A stretch of 64,000 nt of DNA from Nitrosopumilaceae archaeon (GCA_965203465.1 CBDBCR010000003.1:800001-864000), one strand, 5' to 3'; counted from the first letter of the stretch, positions 1 to 10,115 are shown. The notes: a model not told the origin generated them from the sequence alone. Program-made: numbers and translations.

Positions 1-476
1 ATCAGCATCACCTCGAAGAACACGTAGAACTGTATCAGGTTGGTGGCCAGCACCGTCCCGACCATGCCCATGGCGAACGCCATGTAGAGCGCGTAGTAGG
101 CGCCCGACTTTGCGTTGACGTACGACTGCAGGCCCGCCTCGTCCGGGCCGCGCTCCTCGCGGTACTGCTCGGCGAACTTGTGCTCCATGTAGGGGCGCGA
201 GTACAGCGCTATGATGGTGCAGAGCACGTATATCATTATGGCGAAGGGCGAGGCCAGCCCGTCGAGCGAAAAGCCGAACCCGCCGAACATCTCGGTCCAC
301 GGGTATTGCTCGGCCTTGCCGTCCAGCGATCCGTAGACTACCAGCGCGGTGCAGTACAGCAGCACCCCGAAGGCCATCCAGGTGGCCGCGGCCATCCCGT
401 AGCGCCTGCCCACCAGGTAGGCGACGGGCGAGAGCAGCAGGGGCAGGAAGACGGCCTGCAGCAAGGAATATTCCAT
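1..476 (-). CDS. nuoM: NADH-quinone oxidoreductase subunit M (partial, 3' end beyond window)
   Basis: Read manually from ATG 476: MEYSLLQAVFLPLLLSPVAYLVG...FSLDGLASPF...VLATNLIQFYVFFEVML. Hydrophobic antiporter-like subunit directly after nuoK. Confidence 0.85.
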   Translation of the reverse strand, partial: MEYSLLQAVFLPLLLSPVAYLVGRRYGMAAATWMAFGVLLYCTALVVYGSLDGKAEQYPWTEMFGGFGFSLDGLASPFAIMIYVLCTIIALYSRPYMEHKFAEQYREERGPDEAGLQSYVNAKSGAYYALYMAFAMGMVGTVLATNLIQFYVFFEVML

Positions 477-781
477 CAGCCCTTCAGGCTCCTGAACTCG
501 GCCACGTCCACGTTGCGGTACATGCGGTAGGCCACGATGATGAGCGAGAGGCCGACGGCGACTTCGGCGGCCGCCACGGCTATGGAGAACAGCGCCAGCG
601 TCTGCCCGCCGCTGTCGGGCACGAACCGCCCGAAGGCGACCAGGTTGAGGTTTGCCGCGTTTATGATTATCTCGACGGCGAAGAGCATCCGTATGGCGTT
701 GCGCTTGACGGACAGGCCGTATATCCCGACGCCCAGCAGGGCTATCGAGACGAGCACGAAGTCGCTAAGCTCGGCCGCCAT
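476..781 (-). CDS. nuoK: NADH-quinone oxidoreductase subunit K
   Basis: 101 aa with 3 TM segments; KRNAIRMLFAVEIIINAANLN and AAAEVAVGL motifs. Confidence 0.95.
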   Translation of the reverse strand: MAAELSDFVLVSIALLGVGIYGLSVKRNAIRMLFAVEIIINAANLNLVAFGRFVPDSGGQTLALFSIAVAAAEVAVGLSLIIVAYRMYRNVDVAEFRSLKG

Positions 782-1271
782 TCTCCTCCTCCCTCCTCGC
801 CAGCACGAGCGCGCCGGTCACCGACGCGGACAGTATCAGGGCCATGGCGACCAGCGCCGGCCAGTAGTGGACCACGAAATCTGCCCCGATGTCCCTAAAG
901 TCCACGGGCGGCTCGTCGGTCGATATCTGGCGCACGCCCGACTCCAGTATCACCGCGCCGAGGCCCACCATCAGCACCAGCATGAGGCCGATGCCGGCCA
1001 TCTTGCGGCGCGGATCCTCGACCTTTTTGAATATGAGCTCGCGGCGGACCAGCATCACGGTGAACAGTATCAGCACGGCGATGGAGCCGACGTAGACTGC
1101 TATCTGGAACATGGCCACGAACGGGGAATCGAGCAGCAGAAAGAACCCGGCCACGCCGCCCAGCGTCCCCATCAGGGCTATGGAGCCGTATATGAGCGAG
1201 CGCAGCTCGAGGGCCGCGACGGCCGAGCCGATCGTGAGCACCGAGAGGGCCAGGAACGCGCCGTCAGCCGT
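765..1271 (-). CDS. nuoJ: NADH-quinone oxidoreductase subunit J
   Basis: FVAMFQIAVYVGSIAVLILF motif. The frame extends upstream of GTG 1241 to ACG-GCT-GAC at 1271, a probable non-canonical start. Confidence 0.9.
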   Translation of the reverse strand, partial: TADGAFLALSVLTIGSAVAALELRSLIYGSIALMGTLGGVAGFFLLLDSPFVAMFQIAVYVGSIAVLILFTVMLVRRELIFKKVEDPRRKMAGIGLMLVLMVGLGAVILESGVRQISTDEPPVDFRDIGADFVVHYWPALVAMALILSASVTGALVLARREEENGGRA

Positions 1272-1761
1272 GGGAGGCGCCCCTCCCGTCTATCGTGATC
1301 TCGGCGTCCTGCGAGACGTCCGGCTTTACCTGCAGCTGCGCCGGCGTGTAGATGAGGCCCTCCTTGGTGAAAGAGGAGAGCTCGTAGTCGTTGCTCATGT
1401 ACAGCGCGTAAAAGGGGCAGGCGTCCACGCACAGCCCGCAAAAGACGCACTTGCCGTAGTCTATCTGCGGCATGATGGATTTTTTGTTCTGCTTCCAGCT
1501 CTCGGGCACCTTGACCATCGAGATCGCCTCGGCCACGCCCTCGCAGGCGATGGAGCACAGCTGGCACCCGGTGCAGTGGTCGTGGAAGAGCATGTGCCGC
1601 CCCTTGAGGCCGGCTATGCCGACGCCGGTGGTCGGGTCGAACTGGTAGCCGTCGCCGACGAATTTCAGCTTTTCCTCGGGGTAGCGCAGCGTGAAGCGCC
1701 GCACGGCCAGGTGCCGCACGCCCGAATTCAGCGCCTTTATTATGCCAGCGGCGGTCCCCAT
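1264..1761 (-). CDS. nuoI: NADH-quinone oxidoreductase subunit I (2x[4Fe-4S])
   Basis: From ATG 1761, MGTAAGIIKAL. Ferredoxin motifs CTGCQLCSIAC and CVFCGLCVDACP. Confidence 0.95.
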   Translation of the reverse strand: MGTAAGIIKALNSGVRHLAVRRFTLRYPEEKLKFVGDGYQFDPTTGVGIAGLKGRHMLFHDHCTGCQLCSIACEGVAEAISMVKVPESWKQNKKSIMPQIDYGKCVFCGLCVDACPFYALYMSNDYELSSFTKEGLIYTPAQLQVKPDVSQDAEITIDGRGASHG

Positions 1762-3062
1762 CACAACATCCCCCCAGGTCCGAGTACTCCGGCGTAAAGC
1801 AGGCCCAGAGCTATAAACATGTTGACGAAGGCCAGCGCTATGAGGCGGAACCAGCCCAGCTCGAGCAGCATGTCTATGCGTATGCGCGGGAAGACCCCGC
1901 GGGGCAGCAGCACGAAGAATATGACCGCGACCGTCTTTAGGACGAACCAGATGGTGCCGTTTATCATCTCCTGCGAGAGCAGCGGCAGGCCCTGTATGAG
2001 GACCGTCACCGGGCCGGCCTCTATGCCCTCGGTGATGATCTCCTCGGGGAACGGCGGCCACAGCATGGGGCCCTGCCAGCCGCCCAGGAACAGCACCGTG
2101 AACAGGGCCGCGAAGGCGTACAGCTTTAGGTACGTGCCAAGCTGCACCAGGCCGTACATCATGCCGGAAAACTCGGTCAGCCAGCCGGCCACTATCTCGC
2201 TCTCGGCCTCGGGCAGGTCGAAGGGGATGCGCTCCAGCTCGGCCAGCATGGTTATGAAGAAGACCACGGCGCCTACCGGCAAAAACAGTATCCACGGGAA
2301 CGCAGACTGGCTCTCTACTATCTCGGAGAGGTTGAGGGTGCCGGTCAGTATCACCACGCCGAGCAGCGAGAGTATCAGGGGTATCTCGAACGAGACCATC
2401 TGGTGGAGGGCCCGTATGCCGCCGATGAACGGGAACTTGCTGTTGGCAGACCAGGCCGAGAGCACCGTTATGATGGGGAAGAACCCGATCACGGCAAAGA
2501 CTGCCAGCAGGCCCACGTCCAGGTCGGCGACCACCCAGCCGCCCGGCGCGACCGGTATGAGGGCCACGAAGGCCGCGGCGGCCCCGACGAACAGCAGGGG
2601 CGCGGCCCAGAAAATGGGCTTGTCGGCCTTTGCGGGTATGATTATCTCCTTTGATATCAGCTTTAGGCCGTCGCCGGCAAGCTGCAGTATCCCCTCTATC
2701 TTGCCGCAGTAGAACGGCCCGACGCGCAGCTGGAGTTTGGCGAGCATCTTGCGCTCGACGAATATCGTTCCGGCTGCCAGCAGCGCCGCGAAGCCGAACC
2801 CCGGAAAGACGGCCACCCTGAAAAAGTCCGAGGCCATCAGGGCGTGGACCAGCGGCAGGGCGCGCGAGGGGTCGGCCAGCATGGTCAGGGCCAGGAACGG
2901 CGTGACCAGCTCGCCGTCCACGACGGGCAGGTCCACGTATATGAGCACCACCTGTATGGCCGGTATCCCGATGAGCGAGACTATGAGCACCGCCCAAAAG
3001 ACGTTGTCCAGTATGGACTTGATAAAGTAGCCCAGGCTGAACTTGGGCGCCAGTATCGACAC
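1761..3062 (-). CDS. nuoH: NADH-quinone oxidoreductase subunit H
   Basis: ERKMLAKLQLRVGP and ERIPFDLPEAESEIVAG motifs. Confidence 0.95.
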   Translation of the reverse strand: MSILAPKFSLGYFIKSILDNVFWAVLIVSLIGIPAIQVVLIYVDLPVVDGELVTPFLALTMLADPSRALPLVHALMASDFFRVAVFPGFGFAALLAAGTIFVERKMLAKLQLRVGPFYCGKIEGILQLAGDGLKLISKEIIIPAKADKPIFWAAPLLFVGAAAAFVALIPVAPGGWVVADLDVGLLAVFAVIGFFPIITVLSAWSANSKFPFIGGIRALHQMVSFEIPLILSLLGVVILTGTLNLSEIVESQSAFPWILFLPVGAVVFFITMLAELERIPFDLPEAESEIVAGWLTEFSGMMYGLVQLGTYLKLYAFAALFTVLFLGGWQGPMLWPPFPEEIITEGIEAGPVTVLIQGLPLLSQEMINGTIWFVLKTVAVIFFVLLPRGVFPRIRIDMLLELGWFRLIALAFVNMFIALGLLYAGVLGPGGML

Positions 3063-4195
3063 TAGCGGTCCGCCTCCACCGGCCAGTAGTTGAGGCTCCA
3101 GTACACGGCCGGCATGTTGCCCAGCTTTTCGCCCTTTAGCAGGTAGGGCATGGCCACCAGGTTCCGGAACGAGCCCACGCTGAGTTTCACGCGGTACGGC
3201 TCGGGCTTTTTGTCCGAGACGATGTAGGCGCCCAGCGAGCCGCGGCCCGACTCGACGCGCCTGTACACCGATTCCAGGCCGCCCTTGGGGTTGGGCTTTA
3301 GCTTGAGGCGCACCGAGCCGGACTTTGGCATCTTTGAGAGCGCATCGCGTATTATGCGGCAGCTCTGCATCATGTCCATCCAGGGGACGCGCGAGCGCGC
3401 GTAAGAGTCGCCGTCCTTTAGCACGCAGGTCTCGAAGTCCATGGAATCGTAGACGTCGTAGGGCTCTTTTTTGCGCACGTCAAAGTCCACGCCGCTGGCG
3501 CGCAGCACCGAGCCGGTCGTGCCCAGCCTCACGGCGTCCTGCCTGGAGAGCACCCCGGCGCCGCGCGTGCGCGACATCAGTATCGGGTTGTCGTAGAATA
3601 TGTCGGCGTATTCCCTTATGCGCTTTTCGAAATAGTCGACCTGGCGCAGGCACACGTCCTCGAAGTTGGCCGGCAGGTCGTTGCGCACGCCGCCGGGCAC
3701 AAAGTACGCGTGCGTCACGCGCGCGCCGGTCATCTTTTCGAGCAGGTCTATCAAGAGTTCCCTGTCGCCGGCCGGCCACATGAACATGGTCGAGTGGCCC
3801 AAAAATATCCCGTATATGGCAAGCCAGTACAGGGTGTACACGCACCTGTTTAGCTCCGAGGCGATGACGCGCACGTACTTTGCGCGCTCGGGCACCTCTA
3901 GGCCGAGCAGGTCCTCGACGCCGAGGCAGTACGGGTAGAGCACGTTGCAAGAGTCGTGTATGACGGGCCGCTCCAGGTGCGGTATGTTTGTTATGTAGTT
4001 GCGGTACTCGGCCATCTTTTCCTCGCCGCGGTGCACGTACCCCGGGTCGGGGTCGCACGCGACGATGTAGTCGCCGTCTATCTGGACTATGAGGCGCATG
4101 TGGCCCGAGCCGGGGTGCTGGGGGCCGACGTTGAGCGTCATTATGCGCTCGTCCACCTGCTGGAGCTGCAGGCCCGGCGGAAGTTGCGCTGCCAT
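3062..4195 (-). CDS. nuoD: NADH-quinone oxidoreductase subunit D
   Basis: NVGPQHPGSGH and GYVHRGEEK motifs; C-terminal EADR. Confidence 0.95.
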   Translation of the reverse strand: MAAQLPPGLQLQQVDERIMTLNVGPQHPGSGHMRLIVQIDGDYIVACDPDPGYVHRGEEKMAEYRNYITNIPHLERPVIHDSCNVLYPYCLGVEDLLGLEVPERAKYVRVIASELNRCVYTLYWLAIYGIFLGHSTMFMWPAGDRELLIDLLEKMTGARVTHAYFVPGGVRNDLPANFEDVCLRQVDYFEKRIREYADIFYDNPILMSRTRGAGVLSRQDAVRLGTTGSVLRASGVDFDVRKKEPYDVYDSMDFETCVLKDGDSYARSRVPWMDMMQSCRIIRDALSKMPKSGSVRLKLKPNPKGGLESVYRRVESGRGSLGAYIVSDKKPEPYRVKLSVGSFRNLVAMPYLLKGEKLGNMPAVYWSLNYWPVEADR

Positions 4196-4197
4196 CC

Positions 4198-4887
4198 CTA
4201 CCTACCCTTTATCGCAAAGTCCTTGCGCAGCGGCGGTATGTCCGCCCAGTCCTCCGGCAGGAGCAGCCGCCGGTTGTCGGGATGATCCTCAAAGTACACG
4301 CCGAGCATCTCAAAGCACTCGCGCTCGTGGAATTCGACGCTGTAAAAAACCTCGCGCAGGCTCGGGACCGCCGTGGAGTCGCTGCCCGGGCTGGGCACCT
4401 CCTCGCGGGGGGCCCGCGTGGCCAGTTCGAGCACCTGCCGCGAGAGCGACTCGTCGGTGTACGAGCCGAGGTGGTAGACCACCTCTATCTCCTTGTCGGC
4501 CGGATAGTCCACGCCGGTGACCGATTCGGCGTGGTCGAAGTTGAGCTCGTCGCGCAGGTAATAGGCCACCTCGCGCACGTCCTCGCGGGCCACCTTTATG
4601 CCCACCCTGTCCGGCTTTACGAACCGGATCTGGGCGCGCTCGCCGAACTGCCCCGCTATCTGCTCTGACAGTTTTTTCTCGAAGGCGGGCAGCTCCGGCT
4701 CGGCCGGCTTTGGGGGGGCCGCTTGGGGCTTGGGCTCGGCCGGCTTTGCCGGTTCGGGCTTTGCGGCGGCCGGCTCTGCCGGTTTTTCGGCGGGCTTGGT
4801 TTCGGGTTTGGCTTTCTCGGGCCGTTCTGCCGGCTCGTCCTTGGGCTTTTCCACGGGTTTGGTTTCGGGTTTTGCGTCTTCGGCCAT
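4198..4887 (-). CDS. nuoC: NADH-quinone oxidoreductase subunit C with K/P/E/A-rich N-terminal extension
   Basis: ERECFEMLGVYFEDHPD and PPLRKDF motifs; ATG 4887 overlaps the nuoB stop. Confidence 0.93.
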   Translation of the reverse strand: MAEDAKPETKPVEKPKDEPAERPEKAKPETKPAEKPAEPAAAKPEPAKPAEPKPQAAPPKPAEPELPAFEKKLSEQIAGQFGERAQIRFVKPDRVGIKVAREDVREVAYYLRDELNFDHAESVTGVDYPADKEIEVVYHLGSYTDESLSRQVLELATRAPREEVPSPGSDSTAVPSLREVFYSVEFHERECFEMLGVYFEDHPDNRRLLLPEDWADIPPLRKDFAIKGR

Positions 4888-5414
4888 CAGACTTCCTTCC
4901 TGGCCTTCATTCTCTTGATCTTTTCCTGAAGCAGCATGCACCCCTGTATCAGCGTCTCGGGCCGGGGCGGGCAGCCGGGCACGTACACGTCGACTGGCAG
5001 CACCCCGTCGATGCCGGGCAGCACGTTGTAAGAGTCAAAGTAGAGGCCGCCGGTTATGGCGCACGCGCCCATCGCTATGACGTACTTTGGCTCGGGCATC
5101 TGGTCGTACACCAGGCGGAGGCGCGGGGCCATCTTGCGAGTTATGGTCCCCTGCACCACGATGAGGTCGCACTGGCGGAGCGAGCCGAACGCCTCGATTA
5201 TGCCGAACCTTTCGACGTCGTAGCGCGGGCTGGAGGCCGCGCCGAACTCGACGCTGCAGCACGCAGTCTCGATGTGCACCGGCCACAGCGACCATATCCT
5301 GCCCCAGTTTATGGCGTACCCGAGCGGCTTGTCTATGGCCCTTTCCAGCACGTCGCCCAGCCTGCCCACGAAGACGTTGGCGTTGTGCGGGGTGATCAGA
5401 TCCTTGATCGTCAA
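4887..5414 (-). CDS. nuoB: NADH-quinone oxidoreductase subunit B
   Basis: TACCSVE, MGACAITGG and VPGCPPRPE motifs; probable TTG start at 5414. Confidence 0.95.
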   Translation of the reverse strand: MTIKDLITPHNANVFVGRLGDVLERAIDKPLGYAINWGRIWSLWPVHIETACCSVEFGAASSPRYDVERFGIIEAFGSLRQCDLIVVQGTITRKMAPRLRLVYDQMPEPKYVIAMGACAITGGLYFDSYNVLPGIDGVLPVDVYVPGCPPRPETLIQGCMLLQEKIKRMKARKEV

Positions 5415-5421
5415 GCCGGCA

Positions 5422-5796
5422 TCACCATATGTTCCGCCTCCTCGACTGGTAGAGCGCAAAGGCCATGGCCGCGAACATTATGCCTAGGAACACGATTATC
5501 GGCAGCGTCGCCTCCCTGGGCAGGTTGAGTATGGTGCTGCCCCACGCGTACAGGAATATGGACATAACGTCGAATACGACGAACATGAGGATGTAGGCGT
5601 AGTACTGCATCATGAAGTGTGTGCGCCCCTCCCCCTTGGGCACCTGGCCGCACTCCATGGGCAGGAACTTTACAGGGTTGTTGTGCCTGCGCGGCGAGAC
5701 CATGCGCGATATGAGAAGCGCCGGGGCGGTGGCCACCACCGCAAAGCCGAACATGAGCAGGACTTGGCTGTAATTGCCCGCTACTTCGCCCACCAA
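5422..5796 (-). CDS. nuoA: NADH-quinone oxidoreductase subunit A
   Basis: PMECG loop and YYAYILMFVVFDV motif. Confidence 0.93.
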   Translation of the reverse strand: MVGEVAGNYSQVLLMFGFAVVATAPALLISRMVSPRRHNNPVKFLPMECGQVPKGEGRTHFMMQYYAYILMFVVFDVMSIFLYAWGSTILNLPREATLPIIVFLGIMFAAMAFALYQSRRRNIW

Positions 5797-5820
5797 GCCG
5801 AATCTCGCGGCCGGGGCTTG

Positions 5821-5830
5821 TTATATAAAA
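5821..5830 (-). promoter_or_regulatory. TATA box of the nuo operon
   Basis: TTTTATATAA on the minus strand about 25 nt upstream of the nuoA start, in a GC-rich context. Confidence 0.65.
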
Positions 5831-6069
5831 CTACAGACGGTTTTTCCCACGCCGCCGGCGCGCAAAAAAGCGGCGCGCCGCGCCGCGGCGGATTCCCGGC
5901 CTAGTGCCTAGGCACGATCCGAACCGGGCCCGGATCGGGCTCTGCCCCGAGCCGCGGGCGTACGGAAAACGGAGCGCGCGCCTGCCAGCATGTAGGCGCG
6001 CGGCCGCCGGGAAAAAGCGCGGGCCCGGGCGCCGCGGCGGGTTTGCGGGCAGGGCGGCCTGAAACTCTC

Positions 6070-6370
6070 CGGCGGAGCGCGCGTCGCGATCGCGCCTTTG
6101 CCTTGCAACTTGTTTTCGATCCGGACGCTTGCGGATCCGCTCCGGATCGGCCGGCGCGCCCGCGATTAAGTGCTCGGCCCGGTTGAGCACGTCCGGCTCT
6201 TGCCGGCGGCCCGGCTTCGCTCCGGATCACGGCGCGTCTTTTTAGGCGCCGTCGGCGGTTTCGGCGACCGCCGCCGTACTGCGCGAATCCGGCGATTGCG
6301 CCGTTGTCGCGGAGGCGACTGCGCGACGGGCTCAAGAAACGGCCGTTCCCGGCCACAGATCCGGCGGGCG
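6070..6370 (-). pseudogene. Decayed copy of the antitoxin gene and its upstream region
   Basis: Patchy nucleotide similarity to 20360-20735, e.g. ACGGGCTCAAGAAAC and CGCTCCRGATCACGGMGCGTCTTT. No intact ORF. Confidence 0.6.
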
Positions 6371-6499
6371 CCGCCCCGCGTCCTGCGCCGGGGCTTGCGC
6401 CTGAACTGAAGGGGGGCGGCCGTGCGCCGCCGGATTTTGCCCCGTTGGGCTTTGTCCGCGATCGGAGGCGGCCGCGGTGCGCGCTCTTGCGCGTACCGG

Positions 6500-6880
6500 A
6501 TCCGTCCAAGCCTCGGCCGACGAGATTGTCGGAATCCCGCGGCGGCGCGCCGCATCCGACATCTCGGCGTCGTCGGTTGCCAGAACCGGCCCCCCGCGTT
6601 CTGCCGCGACTACGTACGCAGAATCGTAAAACGTGAGCCCTGTAGAGGCGGCCATGTAGTGTTCCAAGCCGCGCATGTCGATGACGTGATGCTCTCCGTA
6701 ACTTGCATGCACCTGTTGAACTGCAACATGGCATCTTTGTCTTTGGTCTGTTTTTTCGATACTGCGTGCCGAGCTCGTATTTCGTGAGATCTAACGGGGC
6801 TTGGCCAACGAAGTGGTCATGTTGTGTGGTTTTAGAATGTTGAAAAACGCGCTGGCGTCGTAGAGCCTGTCCGTCTTACC
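6500..6880 (-). pseudogene. PIN-domain VapC-like toxin, frameshifted
   Basis: Fragments LYDASAFFN, DLTKYELG, LTFYDSAYVVAAER and LATDDAEM, split over different frames; paralog of 18856-20375. Confidence 0.75.
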
Positions 6881-7144
6881 TTGCGTCGCGGCCCGCGCGT
6901 ATGAGCCTCACGACCTCTTTGCTCATCGTCGATCTCGGCGTGCCCCGGATCCACTCGAAATCGGCCCGGGTGAGTTCGGGCCGGGCGTCTCTGCCGACCA
7001 CGTACCCTTCGTTCTTGCGCTGCCACAATTCAAAGAGGAGCTGTGCCCGCTTTTTGAGCATGGCCGCTTCGGCTTAGCGGCTCGCTGCTGTTCGGCATCA
7101 AGCCCGGCTTCGGGTTCTTCCGCGGTTCCGGCAGTAGTGGCCAC
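6876..7144 (-). pseudogene. VapB-like antitoxin, apparently frameshifted near 7062
   Basis: C-terminus SKEVVRLIRAGRDAR resembles SKEEVVRSIRHDRDTR of 20356-20640 and lies upstream of the PIN gene. Confidence 0.6.
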
Positions 7145-7355
7145 GTTGCGCGCCGCGGCCGGCAGACGTTTCGTTGTTGCTACAGCATTCTGCGTCCGCC
7201 CTTTCCGTCCGGCCGGAACCGGCGCCCGCCGCGGTTCTCGGCGTCCAGAAATCCCGGGCGGGCCCCGCGGAGCGGAGCCTGCGCCCGCCGCCGGGCCGGC
7301 TTTGCCGGGCCTTTCCCAGACGCTATATATTGCGACTTTGGGGCCGCGGCCAGTC

Positions 7356-8285
7356 ATGAAGGTCGCGGTCATAGGCGCAGGCTACTGGGGCGCAAAGCAC
7401 GTCAGGGAATACCTGGCGCTCGGCTGCGAGGTGACCGCGGTCGATACCGACCCCGAGCGCCGCAAGTACTGCATGAGGTTGGGGGCGCGGGCGGCCTCGC
7501 TGGCCCGGGCGCTGTCAGATCCGGCGATAAAGCACGTGAGCGTGTGCGCCCCCAACGCGCTCCACTTCGATCTGGCCTCGCGCGCGATAAAGGAGGGCAA
7601 GCACCTGCTGGTCGAAAAGCCGCTCTGCCCGACCTCTGGGCAGGCGCGCTCGCTGCACCGGCTGGCCCTCAAAAAGGGCTCAAAGCTGCTCTGCGGCCAC
7701 ATATACAGGTTCAACAACGCCGTGGAGAGGGCCGGGCGGCTGATGCTGTCCGGCAGGCTCGGCGACGTGCTGCAGGTAAAGTGCTCCTGGCACCAGAACC
7801 TGGACTTTGTGAGGGACCGCAACATACTGCTCGACATCGGGCTGCACCCCGTCGACATCGTGCACTGCTGGCTGGGGGGCGCGCCGCGCAGGGCGGAGTG
7901 CGTGCCGCGCGCGTTCACGGCGGGCTACGCCCAGAGCGCGTTCCTCGACTACGCCGTCCATTTTGAGGGGCGCAGGATCGACGTGGCCGTGGACCTGAAC
8001 TGGATATCGCCGCTGCGCAGGCGCGACGTCGTGGTGCTCGGGACGCGCCGGGCCCTGTCCCTGGCGGCGGCCGAGCAGAGCCTGACGCTGTACGACGGGG
8101 CAGGGCGGGCCTCGCGCGTGCGCCTGAAAAAGAACAACGCCCTGCGCGACCAGCTGTCGTACTTTGTGCGCCGCGACGCGCGGGCCATAGAGGGCGGGAC
8201 GAAGGCCAACGGCCGGGCGGCGGCCGAGATCCTCAGGATACTGGAGCTCGTCGACGGGGACAGGCTGGCGCGCTGCCATGCATGA
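7356..8285 (+). CDS. Gfo/Idh/MocA family oxidoreductase
   Basis: MKVAVIGAGYWG Rossmann motif, HLLVEKP, and DIGLHPVD. Confidence 0.9.
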   Translation: MKVAVIGAGYWGAKHVREYLALGCEVTAVDTDPERRKYCMRLGARAASLARALSDPAIKHVSVCAPNALHFDLASRAIKEGKHLLVEKPLCPTSGQARSLHRLALKKGSKLLCGHIYRFNNAVERAGRLMLSGRLGDVLQVKCSWHQNLDFVRDRNILLDIGLHPVDIVHCWLGGAPRRAECVPRAFTAGYAQSAFLDYAVHFEGRRIDVAVDLNWISPLRRRDVVVLGTRRALSLAAAEQSLTLYDGAGRASRVRLKKNNALRDQLSYFVRRDARAIEGGTKANGRAAAEILRILELVDGDRLARCHA

Positions 8286-9030
8286 GCTCTCGCTGCTGGT
8301 GCTCACGCGCAACTCGGAGGACATGGTGCTCGACGGCCTGGAAAAGATACGCTCGTACCTTGCCGGGTGCGACGCCGTGGGGGAGTTCGAGGTGATCGTC
8401 TGCGACTACAGCCAGGATTCTACGCCGGAGCTGGTGCGGCGGGCGGCCGCCGAGGCGCCGCAGATCCGGTACTGCGGGGCGGGCCGCGCCGGCATAGGGG
8501 CCGGCATACGGGCGGGGCTAGCCGCCGCGCGCCTGGAATACGCCATGACGTACCCCATAGACATGGCCTGGGACCTGGAGGTCATCGGGGATTCGGTGCG
8601 GGCGCTCGGCTCCGCCGACGTGGTCTTTGGGTCCAGGTACGCTGCGGGCTCGCAGGTGAGCAGGCCCCTCCTGCGGCGCCTGTTTTCGCTGGGCTACCGC
8701 CTGCTGGTGCAGGCGGTCTTTGGCCTCGGCGTGCGGGACTTGAACGGGACCGTGGCGGTCCGCATGGAGGCGGCGCGCGCCATCCGGGGCGGGCTGTCCA
8801 GCGACACCGCGTTCCTCCCCACCGAGATGGCCATAGAGGCAAGCTCGCGCGGCATGAGGATAGCAGAGATACCCTGCCGCGTGGTGGACATGCGCAACAA
8901 CAGCGTGGCGACGGTCTCGGGCCACACGCGCGACATGCTGCGCGACATGATCAGGAAAAAGCGCGCCGCGGGGCGCCGCGGCCGTGAGGGCGCGGCGCCG
9001 TCGGTGACCGGGGCCGGCCCGCGCGCATGA
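8278..9030 (+). CDS. Glycosyltransferase family 2 (DPM-synthase-like)
   Basis: EVIVCDYSQDST, ADVVFGSRY and RIAEIPCR motifs. Confidence 0.8.
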   Translation: MHELSLLVLTRNSEDMVLDGLEKIRSYLAGCDAVGEFEVIVCDYSQDSTPELVRRAAAEAPQIRYCGAGRAGIGAGIRAGLAAARLEYAMTYPIDMAWDLEVIGDSVRALGSADVVFGSRYAAGSQVSRPLLRRLFSLGYRLLVQAVFGLGVRDLNGTVAVRMEAARAIRGGLSSDTAFLPTEMAIEASSRGMRIAEIPCRVVDMRNNSVATVSGHTRDMLRDMIRKKRAAGRRGREGAAPSVTGAGPRA

Positions 9031-9129
9031 GCCTCGCGACATCCTCTGCCCACCGTCGATCTCAGCGTGCCCCGCATCCGCTCGGATCTCGCCCCTTGCC
9101 GCGTGTTTTTACGGGCTCGTTTCGCGTGT

Positions 9130-9428
9130 TTACGAAGTGCCCCTCAGAGCATCTTCCCCCCTCCAATCCCGGGATTCATGGGCAGCTTGAACAAATGTCA
9201 TATTTGGCTCTTGTTCACGGATTCCAACAGCTCTTAAATAAATGCGTTTTAACAATATCTGGCTTTTCCCTGCCCATTGAATAATACTATCCCAGGAACC
9301 CGCCCACGGAGCGATCCGGGGGCTAGGAAAGCCAGCCTTGTCAACAAATTCGGTATTTCCAGCAGCTGAATAGATCAAATTTGGCAGAAGGCGTTTTTTT
9401 GGTATGGTTTTGATACTTTTGGCATCAT
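9130..9428 (-). pseudogene. Low-GC ORF fragment of unknown function
   Basis: AT-rich patch. Two short frames could be joined by one extra A in an A7 run near 9395. Confidence 0.25.
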
Positions 9429-9650
9429 TGGTTGTAATCTACGCATCGAGAACCGATGGCCGGGTTGCCCCCAAGACCAGCCCCAAGAGCGGGGTACGCG
9501 GTGATCCGCTTCGGGGGCGACATCAAGCGGCCGGAGCGGTGCGCGCGCCCGATCCGGGCCGCGCGGGAAAGCGCGCCGCCCTTCGCGGCCGGCCCTCCGG
9601 CCGGGCGCGCGGCCCAAGGTTATAATATGACGGCCCGGCGCCGCGCCCCG

Positions 9651-10115
9651 ATGGTGGAGGTAGGCCAAAAGGCCCCCGGCTTCGAGATACCCGACACGGA
9701 GCTCAAGATGCGCACGCTCCAAGAGTTCGCCGGCAAGAAGGTCATCGTCTCGTTCTTCGTGGCGGCAAGCTCGCCGGTCTGCGAGACGGAGCTGTGCGCC
9801 TTCCGCGATTCCCAGTCCGAACTGGCCTCCATGGGCGCGCAGGTAGTGGCCATCAGCAACGACGGCCCGTTCGCCAACAAGGCCTTTGCGGAAAAGAACG
9901 GCATCGAGTTTCCCGTCCTGGCAGACTACGCCAGCAAGGCCATAAGGGACTACGGCGTGCTGATGCCCGACCTGCTCCACATAAAGGGGTACAACGCGGC
10001 CAAGCGCTCGGTCTTCGTGGTCATGGAGGACGGGACGGTCGGCTACAAGTGGGTCTCTGACGATCCCCTAAAGGAGCCCGACTACGGCAAGATACGCGAC
10101 TTTGTGAAGGGCTAG
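9651..10115 (+). CDS. Peroxiredoxin (AhpC/TSA, Bcp-like)
   Basis: MVEVGQKAPGF start, SPVCETELC active site, KRSVFVV. Confidence 0.9.
   Translation: MVEVGQKAPGFEIPDTELKMRTLQEFAGKKVIVSFFVAASSPVCETELCAFRDSQSELASMGAQVVAISNDGPFANKAFAEKNGIEFPVLADYASKAIRDYGVLMPDLLHIKGYNAAKRSVFVVMEDGTVGYKWVSDDPLKEPDYGKIRDFVKG

Noticed and set aside
1-5796. Absence of nuoEFG as a novelty
   Set aside because: Known feature of thaumarchaeal complex I.
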